In this document: in pieces, positions 26,272 to 35,600 of the stretch
Layout: each line of letters opens with the position of its first letter
How positions within the stretch are numbered: the first letter of the stretch is position 1
NCBI GenBank assembly: GCA_964347325.1
Contig: CAYFYA010000004.1
Span: forward strand, 2,383 to 66,382
Direction of reading: 5' to 3'
DNA: 64,000 nucleotides
Source of the DNA: an uncultured Methanomassiliicoccales archaeon
Lineage (GTDB): Archaea > Thermoplasmatota > Thermoplasmata > RBG-16-68-12 > JAJISG01
Made by a program: the position numbers and the translations under genes
Notes under the pieces: model-generated
What the model was told of the DNA's origin: nothing
Database searches by the model: none
The model's input: the letters and a program-made list of their open reading frames with translations, nothing else

Positions 26272-28218
26272 TTGAGGGCTTTCGTGATCAAAGACCTGGA
26301 ACTCCCTGAAGGGAAAGCCATCAAGGTCGCGAAGGGAGGGCCGGAAGCCCTGCGGAAGGTTCTTACACTATTGAGCAAGCGTGGCTTCACAGGATATATC
26401 AAGATTGAGTCGAAAGCGGGCAGGGGGACTGCGTTTCTGGTCCTGAGAGACGGCAGCCGGGCCATGACCCTCTACTACGGGCCCGACGGCTTCCTCACGG
26501 GTAAGGCGGCTCTCCCTGGCTTCAAGGATCTTGCCAAGGACAAGGACACCCTGATAGAGGTCCACACGAACCAGACTCTTGAGCCCTTGCTGGAGAGCCT
26601 CCCGAAGGGCCGGGGGAAACCTTCGCCTCCAGGGATGGGCGCTTTCAAGCGGAAGCTGGAGGAGTGGAAGGCCCAGGGACACGATGTAGCAGAGCTGGAA
26701 GGCAAGATGGGTCAGAGCCTGTCAAAGGTCATCAAGGCGTTTGCGGAATACAAGGAAGGGATGAAGGCACGGGAGGAGGACGAGGCAGAGGGCGCCAAGC
26801 TCATCGAGGAAGCCAAGTTCGAGCTTCTAACAGAGGAGCCTAAAGAGGAGCCGGAAGTAGCGGTCCCGGAGAAAGCAACGGCTCCGAAACGCAAGAAACC
26901 TCGCGCAAGGAAGAAGTCGACCACGAGGAAGGAGGCCGCAGAGAAGAAACCGGCGGCAAAGGAAGCCGTGGAGGCTGAGGCGGTCTCTAGGGCCCCAACT
27001 TCTCCTGACACGGGCATGCAGGACAGATACACCTTCGACACGTTCATCGTGGGAGACAGCAACCGTTTCGCCCACGCTGCCTGCACGACGATCTCCGAGG
27101 GCTCCGTTGATCCGTACAGCCCCCTGTTCCTGGTCGGTGGACCAGGACTCGGCAAGACACATCTCCTCCACGCCCTCGCCCGGCAGTTCGAGAAGAGGAA
27201 CCCGGACGCAAAGGTAACATACCTAACTGCCTCGCAGTTCCGGGACGAGATGGAGAAGGCGTCGAATGGGGGTCATTTGGCGGACTTCCGCAAGTCCCTC
27301 CTGGAGAAGGACATTCTTCTCCTGGACAATGTGCAGGATCTCGAGGGCAAGCGGAAGGTTCAGGAGGAGATCTTCTCGCTCTTCGAAGACTTCCATCAGA
27401 AGGGTAAGCCGATAGCCCTAGCGGCCGATCGCCGTCCCTCAGAGATGAGCGGCCTCGACTCTCGGCTGATCTCCAGGTTCGAGTCCGGTCTGGTTGCAGA
27501 CCTCCAGCCTCCCAACCCCGAGATAAGAATGGGCTTCCTACGAGGTCGGTTAGACGCCAGAGGGGTCTCCATCCCCGAGAGGGTGACGAAGTACCTTGCC
27601 GACAGGTATACCTTCGACCTACGAGAGCTGGAGGGAGGGTTGAACAAGGTCCTGGCCTACTCCAAGGCCACCAACAAGCCCGTCAGCCTGTCCCTTGCCA
27701 AGGAGGCGCTTGGTGCACCGCCGCCGAGTACACCACCCCAATCGCACGCATCCCTCGCCTTCGAACCAATCCCCGGGCACAGCTACCTGTGCAGAGAGGA
27801 GAGAGGAGACTCTCCCTATCGCATGTTCGCCAAGAGGATTCGGCACGTCAAGGGACTACTCATAACGAGGACGAATCCTTCGCGGGTGAAAGAGACTCAC
27901 GGTTTGGAGGGCGCCGAGATTCTCTGGTTGACGGACAAGTCGGAGTCCTCTGAGAGTACCGTGGGCCCCGTGTTGGAGAGGCTGATGTACAAGTTGGAGA
28001 GCTTCATGATCACTGGGGGTCAGGGCATCATCCTCCTGGAGGGTGTGGAGTACCTCAAGAGTAACAACGGCTTCGAGTCCGTTCTGAAATTCGTTCGTCG
28101 CCTCGTCGACGAGATCTCAGAGAGCGACTTCACATTCATACTGACTGTGAACCCAGCCACCATCGAGATGCGGGAGCTGAAGATACTGGAGAACGAGCTG
28201 GAGGCCTACCCCACCTAG
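26272..28218 (+). CDS. Three-part protein: N-terminal uncharacterised domain, K/E-rich linker, DnaA-type AAA+ ATPase module, C-terminal DUF835-like domain
   Basis: DnaA domain III signatures: RYTFDTFIVGDSNRFAHAA, Walker A GGPGLGKTHLLHA (27136..), Walker B DILLLDNVQDLEGK, SRLISRFESGLVADLQPPNPEIRMGFL, and sensor II DLRELEGGLNKV. The C-terminus (GHSYLCRE...GLLITRTNP...ILWLTD...IILLEGVEYLKSNNGFESVLKFVRRL) matches my memory of DUF835. The start is uncertain (TTG 26272 or GTG 26284). Confidence 0.75.
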   Translation: MRAFVIKDLELPEGKAIKVAKGGPEALRKVLTLLSKRGFTGYIKIESKAGRGTAFLVLRDGSRAMTLYYGPDGFLTGKAALPGFKDLAKDKDTLIEVHTNQTLEPLLESLPKGRGKPSPPGMGAFKRKLEEWKAQGHDVAELEGKMGQSLSKVIKAFAEYKEGMKAREEDEAEGAKLIEEAKFELLTEEPKEEPEVAVPEKATAPKRKKPRARKKSTTRKEAAEKKPAAKEAVEAEAVSRAPTSPDTGMQDRYTFDTFIVGDSNRFAHAACTTISEGSVDPYSPLFLVGGPGLGKTHLLHALARQFEKRNPDAKVTYLTASQFRDEMEKASNGGHLADFRKSLLEKDILLLDNVQDLEGKRKVQEEIFSLFEDFHQKGKPIALAADRRPSEMSGLDSRLISRFESGLVADLQPPNPEIRMGFLRGRLDARGVSIPERVTKYLADRYTFDLRELEGGLNKVLAYSKATNKPVSLSLAKEALGAPPPSTPPQSHASLAFEPIPGHSYLCREERGDSPYRMFAKRIRHVKGLLITRTNPSRVKETHGLEGAEILWLTDKSESSESTVGPVLERLMYKLESFMITGGQGIILLEGVEYLKSNNGFESVLKFVRRLVDEISESDFTFILTVNPATIEMRELKILENELEAYPT

Positions 28219-28307
28219 GCGGTCGACCTCCAGCCTCCCAGTTCTTGTCAGCCGATGGAACTAGGTAAAGATGCTAATAAGGTCCGGTAACAGAGTTCCC
28301 TGAAGCC

Positions 28308-29006
28308 ATGGGCATGATTCCGACCTACGTTATGGGTCTGGACGAGGCCCTGGGCGGTGGCATTCCTGAGGGCAACATCGTCCTCCTGTCTGGGAGCCCG
28401 GGGACCATGAAGACCTCCCTCGCCTTCAGCATTCTCTACCACAACTCCCTCTCGGGCCGCAGGGGTTTCTACATCACCCTCGAGGAGCGGAGTGAGGACC
28501 TGAGGGCCACCATGGGAAGGATGGGTATGGGCGACGTCCGTCGGGGGGACCTGTATCTACTGGACCTAGGCAGGGTCAGACTCGAACTCTCTGACGGTGA
28601 GATGCGGGGGGACTGGTTCGCCATCCTGCAGGGAATCATAGAGGATGCTGTTACCATTTCGGGCTACTCTCTCCTCGTCTTGGACTCTCTGGACTCCCTC
28701 TACGCCCTGGACGTCGCCCCTCATCCTCGGAGGCAGCTCTTCCACCTCTTCGGATTCCTGAAGGAGTTCCGAGTCACGACTTTCGTCATCTCCGAGATAC
28801 CCTTCGGTTCGCAGCGCCTAACTGAGCACGGGGTGGACTTCCTGGCGGACGGGATAGTCTTGCTCAGGCAGTTTGAGTTTGGCGAGTCCGATGTCCAGCT
28901 CAGACTTCGTTGTGTCAAGATGAGAAAGGTGGCTCACGATCGCGGCTACTTCACCCTGGAGTTCGACAACGGTAGGTTCGCGGCAACGAGGGCCATCACG
29001 GACTAG
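28308..29006 (+). CDS. Single-domain KaiC/RecA-superfamily ATPase (FlaH/ArlH-like)
   Basis: GLDEALGGGIPEGNIVLLSGSPGTMKTSLA (Walker A), ITLEERSEDL, and Walker B LLVLDSLDSL. 232 aa. Confidence 0.8.
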   Translation: MGMIPTYVMGLDEALGGGIPEGNIVLLSGSPGTMKTSLAFSILYHNSLSGRRGFYITLEERSEDLRATMGRMGMGDVRRGDLYLLDLGRVRLELSDGEMRGDWFAILQGIIEDAVTISGYSLLVLDSLDSLYALDVAPHPRRQLFHLFGFLKEFRVTTFVISEIPFGSQRLTEHGVDFLADGIVLLRQFEFGESDVQLRLRCVKMRKVAHDRGYFTLEFDNGRFAATRAITD

Positions 29007-29008
29007 CT

Positions 29009-30466
29009 CTAGACGCGCCTCTTGAACAACTGGAGGTATTCCAGGGCCTCGGCGTAGCCTCCCTCTTTGACGCTTGCGCTGGCCTGCTTCAGAAGCCCGA
29101 TTAGCTCGTTCACGTCACGCCCCTGCATCTTCAGCTCCATGACGGTCTGCCTGGCCCTCTTCATCTCATCTGCAATTCCCTGTTGGATCGACTCCGTCGC
29201 CTTACGTCGTGCCGTGGCGGCTAGGAGGGCTGCGTTCTCCCAGTTTCCCTTCCTCAGGGCCGCCTTCCCCTGATTGAGGACCTCCTTCACTCCGACGACG
29301 CTCACTCCAATCTGGGTCAGGTCGTTGACAAGCTCTTCCGCAGCCCTTAGGGCGTACCTAGCCTCGCTCTGGCCACTCGACTTGGAGGCCATGTCCTCCC
29401 TTGCCAGCTGTAGCTTGTCGAAGGCCTCGCCTACGCGCCCCTCCTCCAGCTGGCCAATGGCCTCCTCTAGCAGTGCCTCGGCAACGGGGTACGTCCTCTG
29501 CTTCGCCTTCTGCTCCTTGAGTTCCTCCCTCTGGACGTCCAAGCTCTGCGCTATCTGGAGGGCAACCGACTGTTCCATGGTGATCCTTGCCTGCCACGCC
29601 AGCTTAACGGCGTTCACGAGATCCCTCTTCCTTGCCCTCTGCACCGCAGCAGCAACGGCCCTCTGGGTATTCTCTACAGGCACGTGCAGCCTCTTGGCCA
29701 AGGTTACGAGCGCTTTGAGACCGCTAACCTCTCTGTGGAGCGTTGTCTGAAGGTGACGTGGGTCAGTGATCGTAGCCGCTTCACGCCGCTTCTGTTCGTC
29801 GTATTTGGCCATGATTGTTTTAACCAGGTTCCCCTCAGGGGTGCGACGCAGCGTTGAGGTCCCAGTGCGGGTGAGGGAGGTAGATCTCCCGCCCCCTTCA
29901 GGGACCCCCACGGGCTGCATCTCCAGGGGGGGATGCCTAGCCTCCAAGGATCCCGACGTCTGATCCACGAACCGGACCCCACACTGGGAACACTGAGCAG
30001 CCTCGACGGAGACGGCCGAGCCACAGACTGGACAATCGAAAATCCCTTCTTCGGCGAACAGGGCTCCACACGACGAACACTTGGAAGCGCTCTCATCTAC
30101 CTCTGCCCCGCACCCAGGACATTCAAAGGTGAGTCCCTCCTCTCCATCCTCTTCCCTGCCGAGGACGTCCTTCTCGAGAACCTCTAGCTCCAGCTTCGGC
30201 TGGTCTAAAGGTTCGTCAGGTATGTCCAGATCTAGGTCATCGAGGCCGTCTGACACCACACTCTTGGCGGGCTTAACCTCATCCCCGCCTAGGATGCTGG
30301 CCATCAGATCGTCCAGCGACTTCGAATCTCTGATGGCTTCGATATCGTCATTGGTGTCCTCTGCGTCGAAGAGAGACGTGTCTGTCCCACACTTTGGGCA
30401 GATGACCTGATTGCCCGCCAGTTCAGTCTCGCAGATGGGACACCTATTCCCCTGCTCGGAAACCAA
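29009..30466 (-). CDS. Cytoplasmic protein with three CxxC-x10-CxxCG zinc ribbons, an acidic linker and a roughly 290-aa helical-repeat C-terminal region
   Basis: The ribbons are CPICETELAGNQVICPKCG, CPGCGAEVDESASKCSSCG and CPVCGSAVSVEAAQCSQCG. The C-terminus is all-helical with repeated A/L/E/K-rich hairpin-like units. Confidence 0.65.
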   Translation of the reverse strand: MVSEQGNRCPICETELAGNQVICPKCGTDTSLFDAEDTNDDIEAIRDSKSLDDLMASILGGDEVKPAKSVVSDGLDDLDLDIPDEPLDQPKLELEVLEKDVLGREEDGEEGLTFECPGCGAEVDESASKCSSCGALFAEEGIFDCPVCGSAVSVEAAQCSQCGVRFVDQTSGSLEARHPPLEMQPVGVPEGGGRSTSLTRTGTSTLRRTPEGNLVKTIMAKYDEQKRREAATITDPRHLQTTLHREVSGLKALVTLAKRLHVPVENTQRAVAAAVQRARKRDLVNAVKLAWQARITMEQSVALQIAQSLDVQREELKEQKAKQRTYPVAEALLEEAIGQLEEGRVGEAFDKLQLAREDMASKSSGQSEARYALRAAEELVNDLTQIGVSVVGVKEVLNQGKAALRKGNWENAALLAATARRKATESIQQGIADEMKRARQTVMELKMQGRDVNELIGLLKQASASVKEGGYAEALEYLQLFKRRV

Positions 30467-30565
30467 CCAGTGTCACCTCGGCGGTGCCGAGGCGATTCTA
30501 GGCCAACGTGGTCTTAAATAACTCTCTACAAGATTTCGAGATATGATAAGGTCTCATAAGAGATA

Positions 30566-31345
30566 ATGAAGACGGAACGGTTAAGTCGACTCGCCAGGAC
30601 GTTCCCTCCAAAGGGTCACGGCGATCTTTCCATGTTCAGAAATTCCATTCCTGGCTTGGACCGCGTCTTCAAGACCGACGTTGAGCCACCGAAGGTCGTC
30701 CTGGTCACCGGACCTCCCGGCTCCATGAAGTCCGCCTTCACCTATACTCTCATGTCCCAGTACCTCAAGAACTCGGGGGAGTTCGGGCTCTACACCACCC
30801 TGGAGGAAACCGTTCACTCCCACCTGAAGAACATGGAGAGCCTCGGAGTGGAGATCTCCCTGAAGATGCAGCTCTCCGACTTCACCGACCTGAGGGAGAT
30901 CGATCAAGTGATGGAGGAGGACGACCAGACCGACTACATCACCTTCATCGAGAAGATGATAACCCACTACAGGAAGAGCCACGGCGACCGATTCACCGTA
31001 TTCGCCCTAGACTCCCTCGGAGCCCTCTACAGCCTCCTGTCTCTTCAGGGGGACATCAGGAAAAGGATGTTCTACTTCTTCAAGATGCTACGAGACCACG
31101 GCCTCACGTCTCTCGTACTCATGGAGCGCTCCCTAGGCGGTGAGAGCCAACTTCTCGGCAACGAGGGTTTCCTGGTCGATGGCATCATCATGTTGGGCCT
31201 CGATCGGAGCAAGGGCAAGATCGTCCGCTACATTCAGGTGGAGAAGATGCGAGCCTGCAAGCATAGCATGGAGAAGCACCTTTTGGAGGTGAGCGACAAC
31301 GGCCTCGTGGTACTCGGTCCGATCTTCGATTCCTCCGACCTCTAG
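30566..31345 (+). CDS. Single-domain KaiC/RecA-superfamily ATPase (FlaH/ArlH-like), paralog 2
   Basis: IPGLDRVF...VVLVTGPPGSMKSAFT (Walker A), TTLEETVHS, and Walker B VFALDSLGAL. An alternative start lies at M23 (30632). Confidence 0.8.
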   Translation: MKTERLSRLARTFPPKGHGDLSMFRNSIPGLDRVFKTDVEPPKVVLVTGPPGSMKSAFTYTLMSQYLKNSGEFGLYTTLEETVHSHLKNMESLGVEISLKMQLSDFTDLREIDQVMEEDDQTDYITFIEKMITHYRKSHGDRFTVFALDSLGALYSLLSLQGDIRKRMFYFFKMLRDHGLTSLVLMERSLGGESQLLGNEGFLVDGIIMLGLDRSKGKIVRYIQVEKMRACKHSMEKHLLEVSDNGLVVLGPIFDSSDL

Positions 31346-31443
31346 CACTCTCCCGCGGCCTAGATTCTCACCTCTGAGATTGATGGGAAAATCTACTTAA
31401 GTCGAATGAAAGAAGTCTCTGAGAACTGAGGAAAGGTGAGGCC

Positions 31444-32499
31444 TTGGCTGCAGAACAGGGAGAGGTCTGGGATCTGCTCCAGAACAAGGTCGCTGAACTG
31501 AAGGACCTTGAAAACGAGCTCAAGGAGCGAGAGAACAAGATCGAGGAGGAGCGGGCCTCAATCGGCTCCAAGATGGAGAAGATTCAGGCGGAGCAGGAGA
31601 AGCTGGCGAAGGAGAAAGCCTCCTTCGATTCCCTGCAGAAGGGCCTCGAGGCTCGAGACCGCGAGATAAGCCAGAAAGAGTCGGACATCGAGAAGCAGAG
31701 GAAGTCTGTCGAAGGCATCAAGACCGAGGCCGATGCCAAGGTAAGACAGGTCGACGAGCGCCATGAGGCCCTCCTGGCGAGGGAGGAGGAGCTAGTCCAG
31801 AAGGAGGAGGCCCTGGCCAAGGAGGCAAACGAGATCGTGGCCCTCAAAGAACGCATGGTGGTGAAGGAGCAGGAAATCGCCCAGTTCCACGAGAACTTGA
31901 AGAGCTTCGTGGAGGAGTTCTCTGGCAAGACCCAAGATTTGGCGAACCTCGAGGAGCAGGTCACCAAGGAGAGACAGGCGGTCGCCGCGGAAAGGGAGCG
32001 ACTCGCCAAGGAGGCCAAGAGGCTCATCGATCTCGAGAGGAAGATGCTCAAGGAAGGCGAACTTCCCGAGCAGCAGATTGATGTTCCCCAGCCGGAACCC
32101 GAGGTTCCCGAGGAGGTTCCCCCGGAGGCACCGCCCGAGGAGGCGGCGGAGGCCGAGGTGCCTGAGGGGCAACCCGAGCCCGAAGCACCTCCCGAGGAGG
32201 CGGAGGAAAAGGGAAAAGAGAAGAAGGGCAAAGAAGAGGAGAAGGAGGCCCCTGAGCCCGGGGACGGTGAGATTCTCTGTCCCGGTTGTGAGACCCTCAT
32301 ATCCGCTGACGCCGTCATCTGCTACGCCTGCGGTTATCAGTTGAAGGAAGGCAGTGAGGAGGAAGAGAATGAGATCCCGTGCCCTGCCTGCGGCACTATG
32401 ATCAGTGCCGACGCCGTGATGTGTTACGCCTGCGGGCAGCCGATGGGCGAGCAGGAACAGAAGAAGAAGGGGCTCAAGAAGATCCTCCGGCGGAAGTAG
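31444..32499 (+). CDS. Coiled-coil protein with a P/E-rich linker, two C-terminal CxxC-x10-CxxCG zinc ribbons and a basic tail
   Basis: TTG start after GGAAAGGTGAGG. About 210 aa have heptad-like E/K-rich sequence. The ribbons are CPGCETLISADAVICYACG (32278..32334) and CPACGTMISADAVMCYACG (32380..32436). The tail is KKKGLKKILRRK. Confidence 0.65.
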   Translation: MAAEQGEVWDLLQNKVAELKDLENELKERENKIEEERASIGSKMEKIQAEQEKLAKEKASFDSLQKGLEARDREISQKESDIEKQRKSVEGIKTEADAKVRQVDERHEALLAREEELVQKEEALAKEANEIVALKERMVVKEQEIAQFHENLKSFVEEFSGKTQDLANLEEQVTKERQAVAAERERLAKEAKRLIDLERKMLKEGELPEQQIDVPQPEPEVPEEVPPEAPPEEAAEAEVPEGQPEPEAPPEEAEEKGKEKKGKEEEKEAPEPGDGEILCPGCETLISADAVICYACGYQLKEGSEEEENEIPCPACGTMISADAVMCYACGQPMGEQEQKKKGLKKILRRK

Positions 32500-32618
32500 C
32501 CTAAGCCACTTGATTATATTCCCTGAGAATCGCTAAAGAACGTATAAATACGGTCCTTAGGGAAGCTCACCCCCACGCATGCTCAACGGGGGACGATGAC
32601 TATTCTGGCCATGGCGCG

Positions 32619-35600
32619 TTGGATCCGGGGGTCGATGTCGTGACGCAATCCAGAGGAGCTCGTCAGCCGATCGTCCTTTCCATTGTTCTCGCAGCTTCTC
32701 TCCTGCTTGGAGCAGTCGCGGGATTATTCGCCTTGAAGACCGCGTCTGCGTCCATAGTCGTCATCAATGGGGATTGGACTGTCTCGGGCACAGACAACAC
32801 TTACGACGGTGTCATCTTCAAGGTCGACGGCAACGTCACCATAGAGTCCGGAGCATTGCTGGAGATTGCGAACGGCGGCCTGACGTTCCTTCAGGACGAC
32901 TCCCACACCTACACCCTGGACATACAGGATGGCGGATCAGGCCACGGTTCTCTGGTATTGGAGAACAGCGTCCTAACCACGGAACCTCTTCAGATTGATG
33001 TCAGCCTGCGGTTGGAGGTCGCCGTGGCGGGGACCCTGATCCTTCGAGACGGCTCATTGGTGAAGCACCCTGGTAACATAACCTCGTCCGGAGACGCTAT
33101 AATCGAGGTCCGGGACTCCACGGTTAAGGGCTTCGACAGCGGCGAGATCGATGGTGTAGTGGCGGACACCGACGCCAGCGACGATGCACCCTCCCTGTCG
33201 TTCTCCAGCACATCTGAGGTCCTCATTGTCGACTCGATCATCAGCGGGCTCTATGAGAACAATGCGGACCCTCGTCCCAACCCCCTCTATGACATCCGCG
33301 TGCAGGACTCGGCGACTTTGACCATCATAGACTCCTACGTCGGTATCGATTATCATCCGGGCGACACGACCCATAACACAATCTCTGCCACGGGTTCGTC
33401 ACGAGTCTACATCTTCAACATGAGCCTGGATGAGGACCAATCGAGCCTAGCCCAACCCGTCGACTGGCTGCCGGCCTTCGTTACGGCCTCCAGTGCAGAG
33501 GTCTACATACACCGCTGGCTGGAAGCGAAGGCGGCCGATCGTTTCGGAAACGGCGTACCCAGTGCCTACATCGAATCCCGTGTGCTCCCTGAGGGACTCC
33601 TAGCCTACTACCCCCGGAACGGTGGATCCAACGTGCCGAGCCAGGATATCCTAGATCATCTGGGGGCCAGCTCATCCGACTTCAACGTTACAGGATCCGA
33701 CGGACGGGCCCTCATACCCCTTCTTACAGAGTGGATCAACAGTTCTGTAGACCAGACCGCCCCGAATTCCCACTTCATCGGCAACTACCGCATCCGGGCG
33801 AGCTTCGGCGGCGACGCCTCGGTCAGGAACGTCTCCTTCCAGGCTTATCCGGCTCTGGGTTCCAGCGTCAACACCGAAAGTCTGACTGTCAACATCGACT
33901 CCCTCGTGTGGCCCGCTCAGGACACGACTTACATCTGGTCGTCCACGATCAACATCGACTTCGACCTGCTTCTGGACGGCAACCTACTGATTACGGGGGA
34001 CGCAACCATCGATGGGTCTCAGCTGTTCATCCTTCAGAGCAACATGGATTCGGGTCGTCACTACATAATGATCGAGGGTGGCGGCAGCCTCACCATAACG
34101 AACGGTGGCCTATCCAGCAACCTGCCCCTCGTAGTGTACCTGCAAGATGGCGCCCAACTATCCACAGATAACGCCACTCTGCAGTTGAGCACGCCCGCTG
34201 GTCGGGGCATTGTATATGGTGAAGACTCCTCCGTTATCAGCCTCAGGGGCGGCTCCCTGGAGGGTGACCTTAAGGCCCTGGGCAACAGCGCCTTCATCAG
34301 GGAGGTTAGCCTCACCAACGCCAATATTACGTACGACACCTCGGGGATCTCATACCTCTGGGATCCCGTCTTTGAGGAGAATGTGGGACTCTCCTTCCTG
34401 AGTGACGACGGCGATGTGGGTACTCTGGACTTCGACATTAGGAACGCGACGGTGGATGAGAGCCTCAACGATAGCTTCGTGTTCCAAGGGACTCAATATG
34501 CTCAACTCACTAACGTCACCTTCGAGACGGGCGGCTTCTGGTGGACGGACAGGATTAGCGATAGTGCCAAGATCGGCGTCTACTGGTGGCTGTTTGTGGA
34601 GAGCCTGGACGCTGTGGGGACCACCGTGCGAGAGTCCAACATCACCCTGCAGCGGCTCAATCCCGTAACCATGCAGTTCTCGCTGATTCCAACTCCAGGC
34701 CCTGACGATCTGTACATGGGCAACCCCCAGCCTACTCACATCGAAGCCCCGGAAGGCGTGTTCCTCTACAGGGCCCTATCGCAGGAGCGGGTCCAGTCAC
34801 AGGGGTGGGCCAACAGCACATACCTCGCCAACGGTTCCAAAGTGGTTGACGCTACCACCTACTACGCCGACGCCAACGAGACGGTGGCCGTTGGGGGAAA
34901 CTCCAACCTGGAGGTCACCTTCACTGCCCTTACGCCAGCCTTCGAGATGGCTGAGCTGACCTTCCTCGGAGCCAATGGGACGGCGGACACCCAGCCCGTT
35001 GACCTCTCCCTGGACATCAGAGCCAGCGTCCAGAACGACGCGAGCATCGGCTTCTCGGGCGTCACCGTTCACTACTACCGGGTAGATGTGGATGCGAATG
35101 ACGATGGGGTGATGGACAACCCACCGGATGACTACGCACCCTTCCTCCTCGGCGAGCAGAACATCACGGTGGAGGCTCAGAGCACCTTCGTTGCGGCGAT
35201 ATCCTGGACCCCGGAGGATGTGGGGACTTACCTGATCTCCGCGGTAATAGACCAGGATGATCGATACCCCGAGTTAGTCGAGACCAATAACCTAATGAAG
35301 GCCACGCTGGAGGTCACTGCATGGCCTGACCTGAGTATCACCGAAGACGATGTCGATGTCACTCGAGTGCCCGTGGAGGATGGTGACACCCCTGTCCAGG
35401 TCAGGGTCGAGAATCTTGGCGTATCAACTGCCATGGGCGCGACGGTGGAACTCTACGACAACGGCAGTCTCTCCGACTCCACCCCGGTTAACATCGTAGC
35501 AGGTGAGGCTGGGTCGGTAGTCCTAATATGGACTCCCACTCCTGCAGGCAACCACACCATCACCGTCAAGGTCGACAGCCTGAACGATACGGCCGACAAC

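Noticed and set aside
26272-28218. DnaA-like gene as a marker of a bacterial-type replication origin or a recent bacterial transfer island
   Set aside because: There is no DnaA domain IV. I saw no cluster of DnaA-box-like 9-mers or AT-rich unwinding element nearby. GC content and codon style match the flanks, and the neighbours are archaeal-type KaiC-like genes.
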